Assembly: GCF_965641715.1 (NCBI RefSeq)
Contig: NZ_OZ282453.1
DNA from: Escherichia coli
GTDB taxonomy: Bacteria; Pseudomonadota; Gammaproteobacteria; Enterobacterales; Enterobacteriaceae
Direction: 5' to 3' (one strand)
Length of the DNA stretch: 64,000 nt
In this document: piece by piece, positions 61,761-64,000 of the stretch
Position numbering within the stretch: position 1 is the stretch's first letter
Layout of the letters: each line of letters begins with the position of its first letter
Made by a program: the position numbers and the translations under genes
Notes under the pieces: model-generated
Database searches by the model: none
What the model was told of the DNA's origin: nothing
What the model saw: the letters and a program-made list of their open reading frames with translations, nothing else

Positions 61761-63188
61761 TTAGACAATCTCTTCCGCGTACTGCCAAAGCGCTTTTAAC
61801 AGCGCCACTTTTTCTTTATCGTCGGCATACTGCTGCGCCAGCATCTGAATCTCTTCTGCATAGCCTTGTAAAAACTCGGGTGTGAATACCTGGCGGCGGT
61901 GCTCCAGCCAGCGTTGCTGCTCGGCATAATCCAGCGTCCCCGGGAAGTTGCGTGCCCGATAATTGAACAACAGCTTTTCAATCCGTTTATCAACAAAAGT
62001 GATATCCAGTGCCGGTAAATTACGCGGCTCGGTTTCCAGCACAATTTTCATTGCTGCACGATCGGCGTCACTGAAAAAGCCGTTATAAAGCTGTGCATCC
62101 ACGTTATCTGAAGGCGTAAACGGTTCGGCTTCCGCGAATATCGCCACCACTTTTTCGCGCACTTGCGGATTTTCACGCAGAATTTTCAGGTTATCGAGGC
62201 AATGCTGACGATTAATTCCCAGTCGGTCGGCATCTTCCGGGCGTAGCGTATTCGCCTGGGCCAGCACCGGACATTTATTGATATGCACCAGCTTAACCGG
62301 AACGGCGGCGTTATCGCCAAGATCGGCTTTTGCGGTATATAAACGCTCGCGCAATGTGTCGCTATCCAGTTCCAGTAATGGCGAAATGTCTCCTGCCAAA
62401 TCCACCATAATTACGGCATTGCGATTTTCAGGATGCCACGCCAGCGGTGCCACCCAGCTGGTATTGCCGCGCCATGCCCCAAACATTCCGGAAACGTGAA
62501 CCAGGGGTTTCATCTGCGGAACATCAATCAACGCCATCAGTTTGTGTTTATTGCGATGGGTAAAGAGATAATCAAACAGACGTGGCTGACGCGTTTTTAC
62601 CAGCTTTGCCATCGCAATAGTGGCGTACACATCAGCCATCGCATCGTGGGCGTTGCTATGTTCAATACCATTCGCTTTGGTTAAATGCTCAAGGCGAAAG
62701 CTCGGTAGACCGTCATCATTTTCAGGCCAGTTTATTCCTTCCGGGCGCAGGGCATAACAGGCACGCATAACATCCAGTAAATCCCAGCGCGAGTTATCAT
62801 GCTGCCAGCTCCAGGCGTAAGGATCGTAGAAATTACGATAAAAAATGTTGCGTGTGACTTCGTCGTCGAAACGCACATTGTTGTAGCCCAGAATACAGGT
62901 CTTCGGTACGGTAAAAAGCGAGTGAATACGGGCGGCAAACGCGGCTTCGTTTTCTCCTTTCGCCCGTGCTTCCTGCGGGGTAATACCGGTAATTAATACT
63001 GCTCCTGGCTGGGGTAAATAGTCATCAGCGGGCTTGCAGTAAAAGACTTCGGGTTCGCCGATGACATTGAATTCGCTATCGGTGCGAATGGCTGCGAACT
63101 GTGCAGGGCGATCTAACGCGGGGTGCGTGCCAAAGGTTTCGTAATCGTGAAACAAAAAGGTAGATTGTTGCTTACCGTCATTCATCAT
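61761..63188 (-). CDS. sbcB: Exodeoxyribonuclease I
   Basis: 475 aa from MMNDGKQQSTFLFHDYETFGTHPALDRPAQFAAIRTD (DEDDh exonuclease motif); the ORF-track N-terminal extension is rejected. Confidence 0.95.
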   Translation of the reverse strand: MMNDGKQQSTFLFHDYETFGTHPALDRPAQFAAIRTDSEFNVIGEPEVFYCKPADDYLPQPGAVLITGITPQEARAKGENEAAFAARIHSLFTVPKTCILGYNNVRFDDEVTRNIFYRNFYDPYAWSWQHDNSRWDLLDVMRACYALRPEGINWPENDDGLPSFRLEHLTKANGIEHSNAHDAMADVYATIAMAKLVKTRQPRLFDYLFTHRNKHKLMALIDVPQMKPLVHVSGMFGAWRGNTSWVAPLAWHPENRNAVIMVDLAGDISPLLELDSDTLRERLYTAKADLGDNAAVPVKLVHINKCPVLAQANTLRPEDADRLGINRQHCLDNLKILRENPQVREKVVAIFAEAEPFTPSDNVDAQLYNGFFSDADRAAMKIVLETEPRNLPALDITFVDKRIEKLLFNYRARNFPGTLDYAEQQRWLEHRRQVFTPEFLQGYAEEIQMLAQQYADDKEKVALLKALWQYAEEIV

Positions 63189-63396
63189 TAGGTTAAATCC
63201 GTTATTTCTGCTGTCTGCCAGAGTATCAAATATCACCGTGCTAATCAGCTTTAGCGCGATAATTTGACAGCGAGTGGCAACAGATCATGTCAGATAAAAA
63301 TGAGAGGGTAGTCACATTTTCTTGCACTTTATTCCAGCCAGTTCATAAGTATTTCCGTAAAAAGAACAGCTATTTGAAACTCCTGAGGGTTTGCTG

Positions 63397-64000
63397 TTGA
63401 AACGCCGTCTTATTATTGCTGCTTCTTTGTTCGTTTTTAACTTATCGTCTGGTTTTGCGGCGGAAAACATTCCTTTTTCACCTCAGCCTCCAGAGATTCA
63501 TGCCGGGTCCTGGGTACTGATGGATTACACCACCGGACAGATCCTCACCGCGGGTAATGAGCATCAACAGCGCAATCCCGCCAGCCTGACAAAGCTGATG
63601 ACGGGTTATGTCGTGGATCGCGCTATCGATAGTCATCGCATTACGCCAGACGATATTGTCACCGTGGGGCGCGATGCGTGGGCGAAAGATAATCCGGTGT
63701 TTGTCGGTTCTTCACTGATGTTTTTGAAAGAGGGCGATCGCGTATCGGTACGTGATTTAAGCCGTGGTTTAATTGTTGATTCCGGAAATGACGCTTGTGT
63801 TGCTCTGGCTGACTATATTGCCGGTGGGCAACGGCAGTTTGTTGAAATGATGAACAACTATGCCGAGAAGCTGCATCTCAAGGATACGCATTTTGAAACA
63901 GTGCATGGCCTGGATGCGCCAGGTCAGCATAGCTCGGCTTATGATTTAGCTGTGCTTTCTCGTGCTATCATCCACGGCGAGCCCGAGTTTTATCATATGT
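63397..64000 (+). CDS. dacD: D-alanyl-D-alanine carboxypeptidase (PBP6b), N-terminal part; 3-prime end outside the window
   Basis: TTG-initiated frame reading MKRRLIIAASLFVFNLSSGFAAENIPFSPQPPEIH... with active-site SLTKLM; not in the ORF track because it lacks a stop inside the window. Confidence 0.85.
   Translation, partial: MKRRLIIAASLFVFNLSSGFAAENIPFSPQPPEIHAGSWVLMDYTTGQILTAGNEHQQRNPASLTKLMTGYVVDRAIDSHRITPDDIVTVGRDAWAKDNPVFVGSSLMFLKEGDRVSVRDLSRGLIVDSGNDACVALADYIAGGQRQFVEMMNNYAEKLHLKDTHFETVHGLDAPGQHSSAYDLAVLSRAIIHGEPEFYHM

Overview
This window is an Escherichia coli-type (or Shigella) chromosomal segment covering the classical colanic acid / O-antigen / histidine locus, read in the opposite orientation to the K-12 map. 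I found no novel defence, toxin, mobile or secondary-metabolite system; the only strain-specific (accessory) content is the O-antigen module. Gene order: udk (3-prime part), dcd, asmA, yegH (minus strand), then the complete 20-gene colanic acid operon wza-wzb-wzc-wcaABCDEF-gmd-fcl-gmm-wcaI-cpsB-cpsG-wcaJ-wzxC-wcaKLM, galF, and a Wzx/Wzy-dependent O-antigen cluster (rmlBDAC, wzx, glycosyltransferase, wzy, O-acetyltransferase, three glycosyltransferases, manC, manB). These are followed by gnd, ugd, a minus-strand UDP-glucuronate 4-epimerase (gla-like), wzz, the his operon on the minus strand (hisL leader, attenuator, hisGDCBHAFI), and yeeZ, yeeY, plaP, yeeE, yeeD, sbcB (minus) and the start of dacD. 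All calls rest on reading the supplied translations and the DNA by eye, against remembered K-12 protein sequences and family motifs; no database search was run, so product names for the O-antigen glycosyltransferases, wzx and wzy are family-level only and the serogroup is not assigned. The main observations worth follow-up are: (1) the AT-rich O-antigen module at about 33.6-42.2 kb; (2) an O-antigen manB that is about 95 percent identical at DNA level to colanic acid cpsG over about 1.3 kb, giving 22-kb-spaced direct repeats; (3) a gla-like gene between ugd and wzz with a roughly 100-bp duplicate of the ugd 3-prime end beside it; (4) two JUMPStart/ops elements; (5) REP/BIME arrays; (6) the apparent absence of yefM-yoeB next to hisL.
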